Assembly: GCA_047967505.1 (NCBI GenBank)
Contig: CM106538.1
Origin: Dipteris shenzhenensis
Lineage: Eukaryota
Strand: one strand, 5' to 3'
DNA length: 64,000 bases
Part shown: piece by piece, positions 33,014-46,669 of the stretch
Layout: each line of letters begins with the position of its first letter
Position numbering within the stretch: position 1 is the first letter of the stretch
The notes under the pieces: model-generated
Database searches by the model: none
Seen by the model: the letters and a program-made list of their open reading frames with translations, nothing else
What the model was told of the DNA's origin: nothing
Position numbers and translations under genes: made by a program

Positions 33014-33280
33014 TTGACCGGGGTCAACACTCTTGATTATAATTAAAGAGCTTTGACCAAGGGTCAAGGCGCCTTAATTATATCTTGGTTAACCGGGGTT
33101 AACCCTCTTGGCGCATGCCAAGTCTTGTTGACCGAAGTCAACACTCTCTGACCGCAGTCAGGTTTACTTGACTGGAGTCAAGTATCTTTGACCATAGTCA
33201 ATCCCTTGACCATTAAAATAACTCTTTGACCATAATTAACACATATAAAACTCTTTAATTATGATCAAATAAATGGTCAA
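33014..33280. promoter_or_regulatory. Array of paired W-boxes (TTGACY) in an LTR-like fragment
   Basis: 13 perfect TTGACY/RGTCAA by manual count, mostly arranged as TTGAC-N4-GTCAA palindromes. Function is inferred. Confidence 0.55.
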
Positions 33281-33699
33281 CTGTACTTTGACGACTTAGG
33301 ATATTTACATTGTGGTGACACTTTTTGACAACTTTACACTTCCTTCCCTTTGGCACTAGATACTGCCACCTGTGTGCTTCCATATGTCGCTATATCCTTT
33401 GTGGACGAATATGTGCAACCATGGTACATATACGAGGTACATCTGTGATGTTTCTAGTGTAGGTTTTGTAGGATTCTTAACACTGGTATGGTCTTGTAGG
33501 CGAGTTAGTAAATGAATAGGACGATTAGTCTTGTTAGTCTATGTATGGTTACTGTCCTAGTCCAGTTAGTCTAGTCCTAATAGGGTTTTATTAAAAACCC
33601 TTATACTCAGTTTTTGTACTGCTTTTGCCATTCTACAGTAAGGATTTTGGACACGTTGCTTCTGCTTGACCACCTTGTCCAACAGTTCCATTCTTTGAC

Positions 33700-34595
33700 T
33701 TTACTGTCAGTAATACAAGACATTTCAGATTAGAGCCAGAGGATGAGACCGTTTAAGCTCATCAATGGTAGAGCATTCAGGTCACTCCAGACTATAAAGA
33801 TCGTTTTGGAGGAGGCTTTTGAATTCCCTCAGGAACAAAAAAGTCACTTTTTCTTTTTGGCTCTTCAATCATGGAGGGATTGCAGTAAATCAATGGAGGA
33901 GATTTTTGGAGCTGACCCTTCTTGCCCTCGTTGCATAACTGTTGCGAGTCTATTGAGCATTGCCCTTGGGAATTAGGCCAGGATAGGTTTACTCCTCCAT
34001 CGTATGGCCAGATTATTTGGACTGGGATTGCAGGACTCATGGGAAGGTTTGCTCCTCCATCATATTCATTTGTTGGGGCTCAATGGCCTAGCTCTCTTTC
34101 ACGGGGCCTTAGGCCTTTTATGTGGGTCAGGTCTCTTCTTGGGCTTTCTTGGCTCACCAGCATCTCTCATAGCTATGTTGACTTAACACTGCTCCTGCCT
34201 GTCTCCATCTGCATCGATGCACATGAATTAGGAAAATTGTTGCTAGCAGCTCTACTTAGCCTGTTTGGAGATCCAGATGTACTGAGGCTGTAGATGGCAC
34301 CCAGGTCTGCCGAGCTCATAACATAGCTAGCATTTGGACAGGAATCGTCACCATGATGGCCATTTAGGACTTCGAGGTCTGTAGCGGCCAAGACGACACT
34401 TTTTCTTAGAGAGTGGACAGGTAATCCTTTCTTCGAGTTTCTCACTGGCCTGCTGTGGCACTTTTAGCCACAGTCTTGGTTTCCTTCAGGATTCACATAC
34501 CTTTGGATATTTTCAGTGGTCTTTAGCAGTTGTTTCTCATGCTCTGCATGATGTCTCGGCAGTTTCTTTGCTACTTAAGCCAATTTAAAAAACAA
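33700..34595 (+). mobile_element. 5'-truncated LINE 3' fragment, same broad family as the large LINE
   Basis: W..HGGIAVNQWR..ADPSCPRC..ESIEHC is homologous to 7500-7700 on minus; boundaries approximate. Confidence 0.72.
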
Positions 34596-34849
34596 ACACA
34601 TTGCTATGCTTTGAAAGCTCTTTAAGTTGAATCAAAGCAATCTATGGAATAATATTGAGAAATCATATGGAAAAGAAGGAAGCCTTGCATTTTCAGAGGA
34701 ACCATCCACACCAGGAGATGAAACCAAGAGCCCCCCAATCCCTCTCCCAACCCCCCTTCAACATAATTTCTTGCTTGTTTCCTAGTCATTAGTCCACACA
34801 CCTGAATCTCGCTGCAAAAATAGAAGCATAGCCTCTTCTTTTTATGTAG

Positions 34850-34941
34850 GTGATGGGCGTGGGAACTTCAGTAGGGAAGATTGGTTTTTATGGCCCATCA
34901 AATGATAAGCTGTGGTGCTCGACACACATTGAGACTCTCAG
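34850..34941 (+). CDS. GTS1: WD40 protein WDR89/GTS1-like, third-last exon
   Basis: Bounded by AG/GT; encodes VMGVGTSVGKIGFYGPSNDKLWCSTHIETLS. Confidence 0.88.
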
Positions 34942-35094
34942 GTAAGTTTTTTGTGATAATCCTTATCTCTGGCAGATGTCCAGTTATTATAGTGTAATGT
35001 ACTGCAGCCTCAAATTTCCTTAGTAGTCGATCTGGTTCTCTTTGTGAGCCTTCTATATGGGAGGAGCTAATTTGTGCTTTATGTATGTGTGCAG

Positions 35095-35179
35095 CATTTG
35101 GGATTTCGAGGAGGGCACAAGATTAGCTGACTTCAATGATACTCGAGGAAAAGCTTCTGCAAACTGGATGCTACCTCCA
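35095..35179 (+). CDS. GTS1: WDR89/GTS1-like, penultimate exon
   Basis: Bounded by AG/GT and phase-compatible; encodes IWDFEEGTRLADFNDTRGKASANWMLPP. Confidence 0.88.
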
Positions 35180-35454
35180 GTAAGTCGAACTATGGTACAT
35201 GGAGTGTGGGTGTACTTAATGTTTCACAAAGTATTAAAACAATAGTGAAGTGTAATTGATTACAAATGAGCGTGATTTGTTTGAGTTTGTATGCTAAATG
35301 CTCCCATGCTTGTGCAGCAGATAGCCAGAGGCTGCTTACACACTGTTTTCACATTGCACAACTATTTTCATACCAAGTGGTCCATTCCTGATGGGATGAT
35401 ACTGTCTTGCCAGCTGCAGAATCTCACAAGGTTGTTTCAATGCATGTCTTCCAG

Positions 35455-35844
35455 GTTGATTATCTTGTGCATTGCCACTATTCTGCTGCCAGTGAGAGTC
35501 TTTGGCTGATAGCAGGCAACAATTCCGGCTCCTTAGGCTATTTTCCAGTACATTTTGGCACAAATCATGCAAACACAGGTCCTAATTCAGGCATGATTGG
35601 GCCAGTTAGTGCTGTTCTTGAAGGAGGTCATGCTGGTATAGTAAGGGCTGTCTGGTGTCCTTTACATCAAGGAGAGGGGGCTGTGGCACTACCGGGATTG
35701 TTTTGCTGGACAGGAGGAGAAGACGGACGTCTGTGTAGTTGGTCTGAGGGAGAGCATGTACCTGACAAAAGCACAGCTTGGGTCTCTAAGAGGCTGCTCA
35801 TGAAAAAGTCTACTCGCCATAAGCAAAGACACAGGCCATATTGA
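35455..35844 (+). CDS. GTS1: WDR89/GTS1-like, last coding exon
   Basis: VDYLVHCH..LGYFPV..GGHAGIVR..WTGGEDGRLCSW..RHRPY*, matching the C-terminus of Arabidopsis GTS1 as I recall it. Confidence 0.9.
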   Translation, partial: VDYLVHCHYSAASESLWLIAGNNSGSLGYFPVHFGTNHANTGPNSGMIGPVSAVLEGGHAGIVRAVWCPLHQGEGAVALPGLFCWTGGEDGRLCSWSEGEHVPDKSTAWVSKRLLMKKSTRHKQRHRPY

Positions 35845-37415
35845 TTTCTTTTGGACAGACTTACCTCAACTCATGCTATGTGAAGATTCTGCCTAACTGT
35901 TGTTTATTGAAGAGTGAGGACATGGATGCTAATTGGAGGTGTTCTCTGCATTTGCTACCCTCCAAGGCCATGTTTTACATAAAGAGGTTTTTAAATTTAC
36001 ATCTACCTCCTGGAAGCCCTATGAAATGATAATTTTATTAATATCTTAGCCTCTGTAACATATCTGTTCAATCTTTTAGTTGCTCAAGCTACTGTAGCCA
36101 CCCAGCTTCTTGGAGCTGAGGCTTTTCCTATCTTAAACATTGTAAGATATCTCCCTCTTGATTGCTTTTTTTTTGCGTATACAACCAATATTGTTACAAT
36201 TATCCTTTAAAGTTATCATTGGAGAATGGGCACTGACTTATCAATTGAGTTGTGAAAGGTAGATTCATGGATGGTTGTTGAAGTTAGTTGATGATAAGAG
36301 GGCACTTTCTCAAAGATCCCTCCTATGGAATTGGACCCTCGGAAATCTTTTTCATCTGAGATAGAGATTCAGTGGGGAGAGCCAAACTTTATTATACTAA
36401 GGGCAACCTTAGGTACTCTTTCAAGCAAGGCCAATGTGATGGACTACTAGATAGATTGGGCGTGGGAGGCAAGGTCATGCAGAGGGAGAAGCACACCCAT
36501 TTTAATGGCATCATGATGTCAGACCATGACCAAAGCAATGCCACAAAGGCTACGTTAGAGAGGAGTGAGGATCCCAAATGATTTTACACTACTGACAACC
36601 TCAATGGTTTGGATCTGAGAGGATACGCCCAAATAGTGCATTAGATGGAATTGATGGGAAAGAAAGGCCAACCAATGGAAAAACATGATCTTGTGTTGGC
36701 ATAGATGGGTCTTGAATCGATATGACTATGGACTATCTAACCCTAAAGATTATTGTCTACATCTGCATGACTACTGTTTTCTATCCGATATTGCACATCA
36801 AAATGTTTGTCTTTGTATGCATCTCTCTCTCTCTCTCTCTCTCTCTTGGTTATTCATGAGGAGCAGGACGAGGCGCAGGACCATGAGCACAGAGATAGCC
36901 CATCTTGCCAGAGAGCACCGATGGTTCCACCCCGAGGATGTACATATGACATGATCCGGTAGCACCGTAGGATGATCTTACACAGAGGCCGTACCCGTCG
37001 CTTTATTTCTAGATGACGGAGGATGATGGCAGATTTTCGGAGGAGATTGCTCCATGGAGACTTGGCACCGCCAGCAGCCCATTTGACACTTGCCCAGATC
37101 TTCACACTCATGGCAGGAGGCATGGTCGATGGCCATGACTTCCATCATTTCTTTGGATCACAGACCCCTTAGGGAAGACGATGTTCCTCATATTTCATAT
37201 TTTACATTTTGTATCTAGGCATTTTTGGTACTCTATTTCATTTCATTTTGTATCTAGGATTTTTGTAGCCATTTTTGGCATCTTAGCGGTATTACGATGA
37301 GGCCACCTAGTTGGCGCATCGTTGATGATGTATTTTCCTTTCGGATGATTTTGTGTCCCATAGGCCATGTATGGCCTTCCGTGGACCTTTAATAAAATTT
37401 CTTTCTTTCTTTCTT

Positions 37416-37455
<40 letters not shown>

Positions 37456-38453
37456 ACTATGTTGTACTTACGACTTAGTACTGCCATTCTGCATTTTTGC
37501 ATTTTGCATTGGTATGGATGCTCGTTTAGTAGCTCCACTATCACAGCTCATTGTATGAGGATTTTCACAGTCTCATAGACCCATCGGTTTTCCAAAGACT
37601 TCTTCCAAAGACTTTAATAAACTCTTTCTTTCTCTCTCTCTCTTTATATATATATATATATATAATATGCATGTGTGCATGCATCACTACACGCAATCAT
37701 GTCGGTTTGTGTAGATGGCCACAAGGGGGGCATGTAATTAAGGACGTGTTAAGATTGTGCACATAGGTCCCTTTATTATGATAGGATCCATGAATGATGG
37801 AGATATGAATTAACGCATTATATGGGGTGCTCTTGGATGTGCTAAACGTATAATGCTTTGTATTTGAGCTAGGGTCATCTTGATCCAAGTCCTGCTTGTG
37901 TTTCTTATGCGAATAGGTCTTTGTAGTAGCCATGGAGTGCAAGATAGCAGAAAAGAGGAGAAATAAAACCACAAGGTGGTTGGAAATATATAGCGAAAAG
38001 TAAGCCACGACTAAAAAAGGGAACGGAAAAAGGACAAGAAGTAGGCGAGATAAAAAATGGAGAAAGAGGACAAGAAAGTAAGCAAAATGGAGACTACAGG
38101 AAAAGGCAAAAATAAATAGTAGAAGGAGTGACAACTAATAGAAGACTTGTTTAAAAAGATGTCAAATTTATACACACTTACTATCCCTTCCTCTATTTGT
38201 TTTGCCACTTGCTCATTAGAGCTCCCTTTGACAACTCCCCTTAGTTTTATTTCATATTTATTCCTTTAACTTTTCCTTTTGTTTGCTTCTTTTAGTTCAT
38301 ATTAAACCCTTTTTTTTTTGTTTTTTCCAATATACTTTTTTTATAAACCTATTCTATTTATTCTAGTTCCTACCCGCAAGCACTTACTAACCTTCCCCCC
38401 CACTCCTCGATGACCTCATCATTACAAAGTATCTCATGTCCTATTTTTTTGGG

Positions 38454-38497
<44 letters not shown>

Positions 38498-40859
38498 CTT
38501 AAATTTTTCCTTAATTTCTCTTTAATTTTTCTTTGATTTTTTCTCCTTGTGATTATTTCATAATTTTTTCTAATTATTTCATAGTTTTTTCAAATTATTT
38601 TTCTTTAAATTCTCTCTAATTATTTCATAAAATTTTCAAAATTTTCCTATTCATTTTATTTGTTTTTTCAACTTGTTAATAAAAATTTCATTAATTTCTC
38701 TAATTATTTTCTTTAAAGTGTCTCTCTAATTATTTTACAATTTTTTCTGTTTTCCCCCCTAGATTTTTCCTCTTTATTTCTTAAAATTTTTCCTATTTTT
38801 TTCCTTAAATTTTTTTTAAACTTTTCCTAATTAGTTTCCTATTTTAAAACTTTTATTAAATCCCTTACTATCTACGCTACCTTAAATTAAACTCCCTAAA
38901 CCTATAGACTACTAATTTTTCCTCTTAAACTAACCAGAACCCCCCTCCCCCTCTATAGTTACCCTCATCATCATGAAAGCCACTTTTTCTCGGGCCTCCT
39001 CTCAACTTAATCCCTAGCCGCCTAACTCCTCCCCGACTAACATTCCCTCCCCTTATATATATAGCCTAACCTCCTATAAACCATTACCCTGTCTGGCCGC
39101 AAGCTAAACTGCACTATGCCCATGGCCTATTTACTCCCCACCTCCTCTCCCAACACCTTGAGGTTGAGCTCCTGCTTGTAGGCCTTTCCTCCCTCGTCCA
39201 AACTCTCATTTCCCTGAGTCCGCTCGTGCAAAGTTGTCCGGTTTTCTCTATTGCCTTGTGCGTTGATCTGTGCCGCTCGTACTAGTCACTTCAGGTTTGC
39301 CCCCTGAGCATTCTTTTAATCGCTCGTCACCCCGTACCTTTTAGTGCATCCAGGACCTTCAGTTCCTTCAAAGGTGTGGGGCTTCAGTGCCTCCAAATCA
39401 TTTGTTTTCGACTGTTCAGTTTCTCTCTCGAGGGTCGGGTTTTCTTGTCTACTATGCCTTCTTCTCTCTCAGGTACACGTGACCCTTGAAACGTATCTTA
39501 TGATCGGTAAACCTGTATCTTCCTTCATCTTCTGCACGCTTCCGTCGAAGTCTCTCCGGTTTTTCTTTGGTTTTTAACACCCCCTAAAGCCCCATTTAAT
39601 TCGCATAGAGTATTTTTCTTCACACTCCCTCCCCATTCTTTTAACTCTCTTTCCCTTCCCCCTTTTTTAATTTCCCACTTCTGAGTTCTTTTCCCCTCCC
39701 TACGTTATTATTTTTTTCATCCTCCCCCTTTATTACTGTTTAGCCCCCCTCCCCCTCCTCCCTCTTTTTTCCTCATACTTATTTATCCTTTCCCCCCCCC
39801 CCCCCCGTTTTTTCTTGCTCTTACTTCTTAGTAAATTCCATTTAAAACATCCCCTACTTTCTCACCAAAAAAAATCCCCTTAATTTTTTTTCTTTTAAAA
39901 TTTCACCCTACTAATTACCCTCATATTAGTTAATTTCTTTTTGTTATCATTCCCACTTATTGTCCTCTCATAGTAAGTTTCCCTATTTCCCCCTAATTCT
40001 CTCATCTCCCCCTCTAACTTACTGTAGCCCTCACCTATCTATTCCCCCCATAATTTTTATACTCCTTACACCCCTCATTCCCCGTATTGTCCCTCATTCT
40101 CCCCCTTATTCTCCCTCTAATAAATTACTTACATTTTTTCCTTTTTTCTTTAATATTTTTTCATCTATAGTGCTATATGTTAAATTCCCTTTTAGGATTT
40201 TTTTTGCACCCTTTCTTTACTTTTTCAATTAGGCGTTACTAACCTTGAATCCTAACAAAATCCTTTTTCCTTACAAAATACTTTTTCTATCTACCATAAA
40301 TTCTAATTTATTGTGACCTCGATAACAAGGGAGGAAGGTCTATGACACCTGTCTTCCCAACTAAAGTTAAACTAGTTCTTATCATGTTTTCTCGTTGGAT
40401 GGTGGTAGGTAGGCAGACTCCCCTCTTCAATAAAAGTGATGCTTGCCAAGACTTATTCAAGCTCAACTTCCATATTCCACAAAGTCATTTCTATAAAAGT
40501 GCCCATTGCTAGCCTCCTTTATAAACAGGGTTCCATCGACTTGTACAAACTTTTCCATTAATGTAATTAGTCCCGTTTCATTGCGTAGCTTCGCTCTTTT
40601 GTCTTTTCACTATGCAAAGGGGTGTTGTAAAGTCTTCCACACACACAGCTTAGGAGATAGAATGACGACCGTGAAAAAAGAAGACAAAATATATATTCGA
40701 CATTGAGAGAAGTTAGGTGGATTGAGCAAACGTTGCTCCAAAACCCCCAACGAAGAAACATAAGGTGAGACGGGACATGCCTGAATGTAAACGGGGAAGT
40801 TACAAGGCCAAGTCGAGGGCTAGGAGGGCAGGAAGGTACCAGAAGAGGTCTCCATCTTA

Positions 40860-43800
40860 TATCTATATTGATATGTGTATGTGTGGGTCTATTGGGCACT
40901 CTAGACTTTATGGACAGACAGGAACTGTAAAGTCTTTGGTGATCCCATATTTTCATTGTTTGGTTTTTTTAAGCATTCTCTACAGCAATCCTTCTTTAAT
41001 TGCTTGCAAACGCATTGCATAGATCATGATGCATATTTAGCATACACTGAGATTTTCAGTCACAATGATAAACATGCAACTCTGGCAGGGATACTTCCAC
41101 TCACAACACTGTGTCTACATAAATTGTAAATATGATATTGGATCTCAAATGTTTGACACTTAATGTACATGGTTTATGCAATGTAAGGAAATGTAACCTT
41201 ATATGGGTGTATCTCAGTAAATTGCAACCAGGTATAAAGAGCACAATCAAAATATGTATGCGGGATGACAAGGTTATTTTGTTGTGTATGATATTTTCTA
41301 TGCGGGAGTGAACTCTTCCTTGGGTGTAGTTTTTTTGGTGAATCATGATCTTCAACCAACTATTGCCCTCAATGACAATCAAGGCAGATGGATTATTATA
41401 CAATGTCTTATCTAGGGAGATATATTTGAATTTTCCTCGGTCTATGCACCTCAATCCTCTCACCGTAGAGGTTGGAATTGGGACGCTATGCAATGCGATC
41501 AGTGGAAACATTGTGCATTCATTTGTGGAGATTTTAATAATGCCCCACAGCAAGGAGACAATACTTCTGGTAATTCTCATGTGTTGGCTTCTAAAAGACA
41601 CAATTGGTCTTAATTATTGCTTCAGCTCAATCTTGTTGATCTTTGGAAGGGATTATAGCCCATGTTGCTAGGCTATACCTTCCAACATTGTGCACACTTC
41701 TCCTCATGGATCATTGGTATAGGGTTGATCCTTGGTCTCACTGTGGAATTCTTCCTCACATATTGGGGATTCTCTCAAGTCTACTTTGCTGCATATAGTT
41801 AATTGTGCTTGGCAAAAACAATTATGCCAGATTCATGGAAGAAAGGACTTGTTAAGCTTCTTCCAAAGAAGCAAATATGTGAACCAATTGGTCGATTGGA
41901 GACCTATCACTCTTATGCCAGTAATTTATGAGATCATAGCCAAAGTGGTGGTTGATTGTATCAAAGGAGGATACTTACATGATGACCTTCATCTTGCTCC
42001 ATATGGGTTTGTTCCACGTAGGCATATCACTGACAATATTGCAAATGCCTATATTGGGATAGAATATGCAAAATACACAGAGCAAGATGTTTTATTGCTA
42101 CAAGTTGCTATAGCCAAGGCTTTTGACAACGGTGCAAAGGGATTTCATTTCATAGAGCATACATGCTTTGGGTTTTGGCACAAAAATGCAAAATATGTTA
42201 TTTACTAGATGTACAATGATAGTGAAGCTACCTGTGTATTGTCTGGGGATATTTTAGAAAATTGGACTCTTCATGTCTGCTGGGGATGTCCACTTAGTGC
42301 ACTGTTGTATGCGATTGCCACATATCCAATGCTTCAATACATGGATCATCTTGTGGCTACATGCATGTTGCATGGATTGGAAATTCATGGTAGTCATACC
42401 ATGGTTGCTCACGCATATACTGATGATTATTTTTTTACTCCAAAGAATATTGAAAGCATCTTTCTTCCCTTATGCATGCTCTATCATTATATGACAGGGC
42501 TGCTGGTCTAGACCACATGTGAATTTTCAGAAGTCCAAGCTATTACTATTGCATTCCAAAGATTAGCATAGTCTTTTATGGCCGGGCAAAATTGTTTTAC
42601 CTACTCAGCTAGTTCGCCATCTTGGTTATCCTTTGGGCTAGAGGATCACTCGTCTCATCAACAAAGTAACTGGGTACGTGCGAAATTGAATTAAAATCTT
42701 GAATACTAGAAATTGGTAACTTGGTCGTTGCATGTTTGCCTATCAATAGTCCAATCTACTTTGGTGGCATACATTTAGTTTTACCTACCTTTGATCATGT
42801 TTGACAAGGGAGATCTTACATGCTTTATGTTAACCATTATGGAAAATTTTTGGCGTTCCAAACATGGCTAGAAAAGTTTGAGATTGTTTTCAGTACAATA
42901 TCTCTGGGGCAAAATGATGCTGCAATTTATGCAAGGTGATCAACCTTGGGCAACCATGATGCACTATTTTCTTTCACAAATCACCATCTCTACTTTTGGT
43001 TACTAGCAACCAACTCAGTGGGATTTTCTACTTGGCTCTATTGATGGCAAGATCAAAGGATGTCCTTTGGTCTCAAAATATTTTTTGATTAGTATCATAT
43101 GCTTTCCCACTTGAAATGGCATGGCCGTGACTCTTTGCAAGGCAATTCTTAAGGGCTGAAACTATACATTGGTCAAAGGCCTTTGACCCTTCATTAGCTT
43201 TACAAGAATCTAGGCATTCTTACTTTATTAGTTTCAAAGGAGTCTACTTTGTGGCTGATGTGATTCATGATGATGGTACCATAATATACTTTCCTTTGGT
43301 TGCTAGACAATATGGTTTGGGGATGCATTATCACTCTCTGTAGCAAAACATTGCTCACATGCTTCAGCTTTTCCTATTGATACCCTCACTTGAGCTTTAC
43401 AACAGGTTGAAGATTGGACTATTCATCCCCCAAATTCATCAGCCCATCCTTTGAGGTTATCTCACATTACGGTACCCTACTTGTATAAAGTTTTGTTGCC
43501 CTCACCTTGGGTTTCTGATAAAGCAAATCAACTCTGGCACATGAATCGCCCGGTAAAGTGGTGGAGGAAGAAATTGCGGCAGCTTTGGAGATCCAAAGTT
43601 CCTCTTTGACAACACATTTTTTTGTGGTGGTGGTGATGCTGGGGGTTCTTCCATCTGGGCAACTCTTGGCACATAGACATATTGCTCTAGTTGTTTGTCA
43701 CAAATGCATGGCTCCACAGGAATCTGTGTATCATCTCCTTTGGCATTGTCCACACACTCGTGTTTTCTTTGATCTTCTTTGGCAACGTTTGGGAACTAGA

Positions 43801-44110
43801 TTTCCCACTACCTTTGAAAAGTATTTCTGGCTTTTTGGGATTCATCCTTGTAGTAGAGAAGGGTTTAACTTGTTTTTCATTTGGGCTCATTACTAGGCAC
43901 TTTGGACTTTATGGAAGGATAGAGTCTTTGGTGATCCTACTTTTTCACCTTTTCTTTTCTTTCGATGCTCACTACAGTAATCTTTCTTTGATTTTCTATA
44001 GGCTCATTACATAGACTATAATGTGTATACTTATCATCTAGTGAGATCTCCTGTTGATGTACTTTTGAGCTCCCCATTGATGGGAATCTACTGTGAGATA
44101 TAATGCATCA
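40860..44110 (+). mobile_element. Heavily decayed LINE (RT + zf-RVT), preceded by a second LINE 3'-end fragment (~40860-41050)
   Basis: WRPITLM, YGFVPRRHITDNI, IAKAFD, GCPLSALLY, YTDD, CHKC..ESVYHLLWHC; 40880-41020 resembles 43890-44015. Confidence 0.8.
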
Positions 44111-46669
44111 CAATCTTCACACAAACAAAAGTGTGTGTGTGTGTTGTTATGGATAAATTTGACCAAGGTAAAAGGCATAAATATATGTGGGTGCTTGTAT
44201 GTGTGGCAGTAGTATAATAAAATATGGTGTGCATAGGGCCCAAGGTTGAGGTGGTAGGGCATGACCATGTGCCACCCTTCCACGTAAGAGGACCCATAAG
44301 GTGTGTTGTACATAATCCATGGTAGTTATATTATAAAATGTTAAGGTGGCATGGTTCCTCCATGTGCCACCCCTCTACCTAGGCTGTCCCATGCCTGTAT
44401 TTAGTGAGACATGGACCAAGGACCATGGGAGAAGTAATATAAAATAGGTGGATATGGATATTATATTGGATTATTCCCTCCATGTAGGATAGGCCCATGT
44501 GGGGGGGGGGTGTAGATAGTCCAAGAATGCAAGTTAAATAATGGGGAAAGTAGGATGAGGTAGCAAGATTCCTTGTGCCAACCCTCCACTTGTCCTCCTA
44601 GATGATTGAACGTATTATAAAATTGGGAAGAGACCAGGGGAGTATCTTAGACTTGGGATATGGGGGTTGATATATGTGGAAAAATGAGGCCAAGGGTTGT
44701 TGCACACAATTGAGAGTGTGTAACCACCTAGCTCACATGGGAGACTTTTCCACACACACCATGCATGTGGGAGGATGCATTTATTAGGAGAGACCCCCTC
44801 TCTTAGCTATTAAAGGAGGGGGCTATTCCTTGATGGAACACGCTCATTCTTGTAAAGCCACCTAGCTAGTACTTTGATTTCTTCCCCCCATCTTTCCTTT
44901 CAAATAAAGCATGACCCTCCTCTCTTGATGTCTCCATCTCTACATTCCTCATCCCATCATGTACATGCTCCTCTTTCCCCTCTCCCTTCCACCTTGTGGC
45001 ATAGTCCCTCTCTTCATTCCCGCCCCTCTTAATCCTTTTTCCCCACCTATGTTAATGCTTCTTCCCTTATGTTCCCTTTTCCTCTATGGCCCTTGAGCGT
45101 CGCCATGCCGTGTATCTAGCATCATGCCTCGAATTCTTTTCTAGTTAATAGGGCTGGTGTGGCTGCTGGAATCGAAATCTCCACAGTTAGTGGTGTAAAA
45201 GTTGTTACTCCTATGGCTAAGTGTAGTTCTACAGCACCTTTCGTGTGTAGTTCTCTGCTTTTGCACCTCCAATTTGCATGTCTTCTGCTCGCAGTTCTCC
45301 ATCTCTGCAGTTGTAGAACTTCTCAGTTTCTGTGCCTTCCACTTGTGGTTCCTGCGCATCTTCTAGGTTCTTGCGCATCTTTTGTGTAGTGCCATGCATC
45401 TTCTGGTTGAGCACATCTGCAAAATCGCTTCTGCGCATCTTCTGTGTGGTGCCATGCAAAACTGCTCCTATGCATCTGCAATAAACCTCGTGCCCCCCCC
45501 CTTCTATCTTCTTCTTCTTCTCTTTCTCTTCTCCTCTCCTCTCCTCTCCTCTCCTCTCTTTTTATTAAGGAGTGGGAATTGAACCCAAGACCTCCTCATT
45601 CACAAAAGAAAGACTTACCAATGGGCTAGCAAATAGGAAGTGATGAAAGTGTAATGATATTGCTTATATGGTGAAATCTCATGATGACCATAGGGAGTTT
45701 CCTCTGTTATAAAAAGAAAAAGTACTTCATTTCATGTGCTCTATTCATATTTGATACTAGATCATAGATTTTAAACTTTTTCAAGTTCACTCCTTAGACG
45801 CACACCACACGAGGAGGGTGGATATTTATGTCACTTCTCAATGAGTTCAAGGATTTGGTGCTTGGTCCTCCGCTCATCACGACTACCAATTGGCGAAATC
45901 TCTTTCTTGATCATGTCGATCTTCAACAACTGATTGTACAATGCATGGTTCAAGGAGACGATGGGTGGGATGATACACCATGGATGATTCAAGGTGAAGA
46001 ACTAGTGATACACTGGGAGGACTTTGATTTCAATTTTACTTATTGTGCGATGATCGAGCTACTTACTGCATCGGAAGAATTAAAAGGGTGACATTCTTCG
46101 AAGGGTGGGATGCTCCCCAAGCTTAGGGGGAGATTTGGTGCATCTGCTTATTAATTCCTATGGATAAGCTCGTCTTAAATGATTTCTTCTAGATCTCACT
46201 AAAAAGCTTTCTAGGGCTCGGCTATGGTTGGTAATGTTTCGACCAAGAAATACCTTTGTACCTAATCAACCTTTTGTGCCTCATTTTGAGCTTTAACTTG
46301 TAATTCTTTTTGGTCTAAAGATAAACTATCAACAAAGGATTACAAGTTTATTTGGTGCTGAACGTCTTGCTCAACTCACAACCTTGTCAAAACTGTCCAA
46401 AACAGAGGCCTAAACTTGGAGGGGCTTGTATCTCACTCTTCAAAGCAAAGAAAATAGGGCTTTTTGAAGCAAAAGAAAGCTCATATACCAGAGAAGATCC
46501 ATTGAGAAGGAGAGGTGCAATTCCATGTCAGGTCGCCATAGCTAGCTGCTTCAAAGTCAACTAGTTTTTCCTTGTTTTCTCCTTGAATATGCAGCCATTG
46601 CTGCTCAAATTTCAGCACAAGATAGCCCAAGGTATGGAGAAGCTTCCCCTGAAAGGAATTAGAGAAAGG

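Noticed and set aside
33014-33280. Bacterial FNR/CRP-like boxes or a CRISPR-like array
   Set aside because: Eukaryotic context, irregular short spacing and no cas genes.
36300-37420. Short ORFs downstream of the WD40 gene
   Set aside because: Stop-riddled with no recognisable motif; likely a TE remnant that I cannot assign.
37685-37700. CACTA terminus (CACTACACGCAA)
   Set aside because: Candidate partner ends near 45390 and 50360 match only 7-8 bp with no 3-bp TSD, and no CACTA transposase was found.
44145-46130. LTR-like segment with possible degenerate PBS and PPT
   Set aside because: No matching second LTR or TSD found; probably a TE remnant but boundaries are unsupported.
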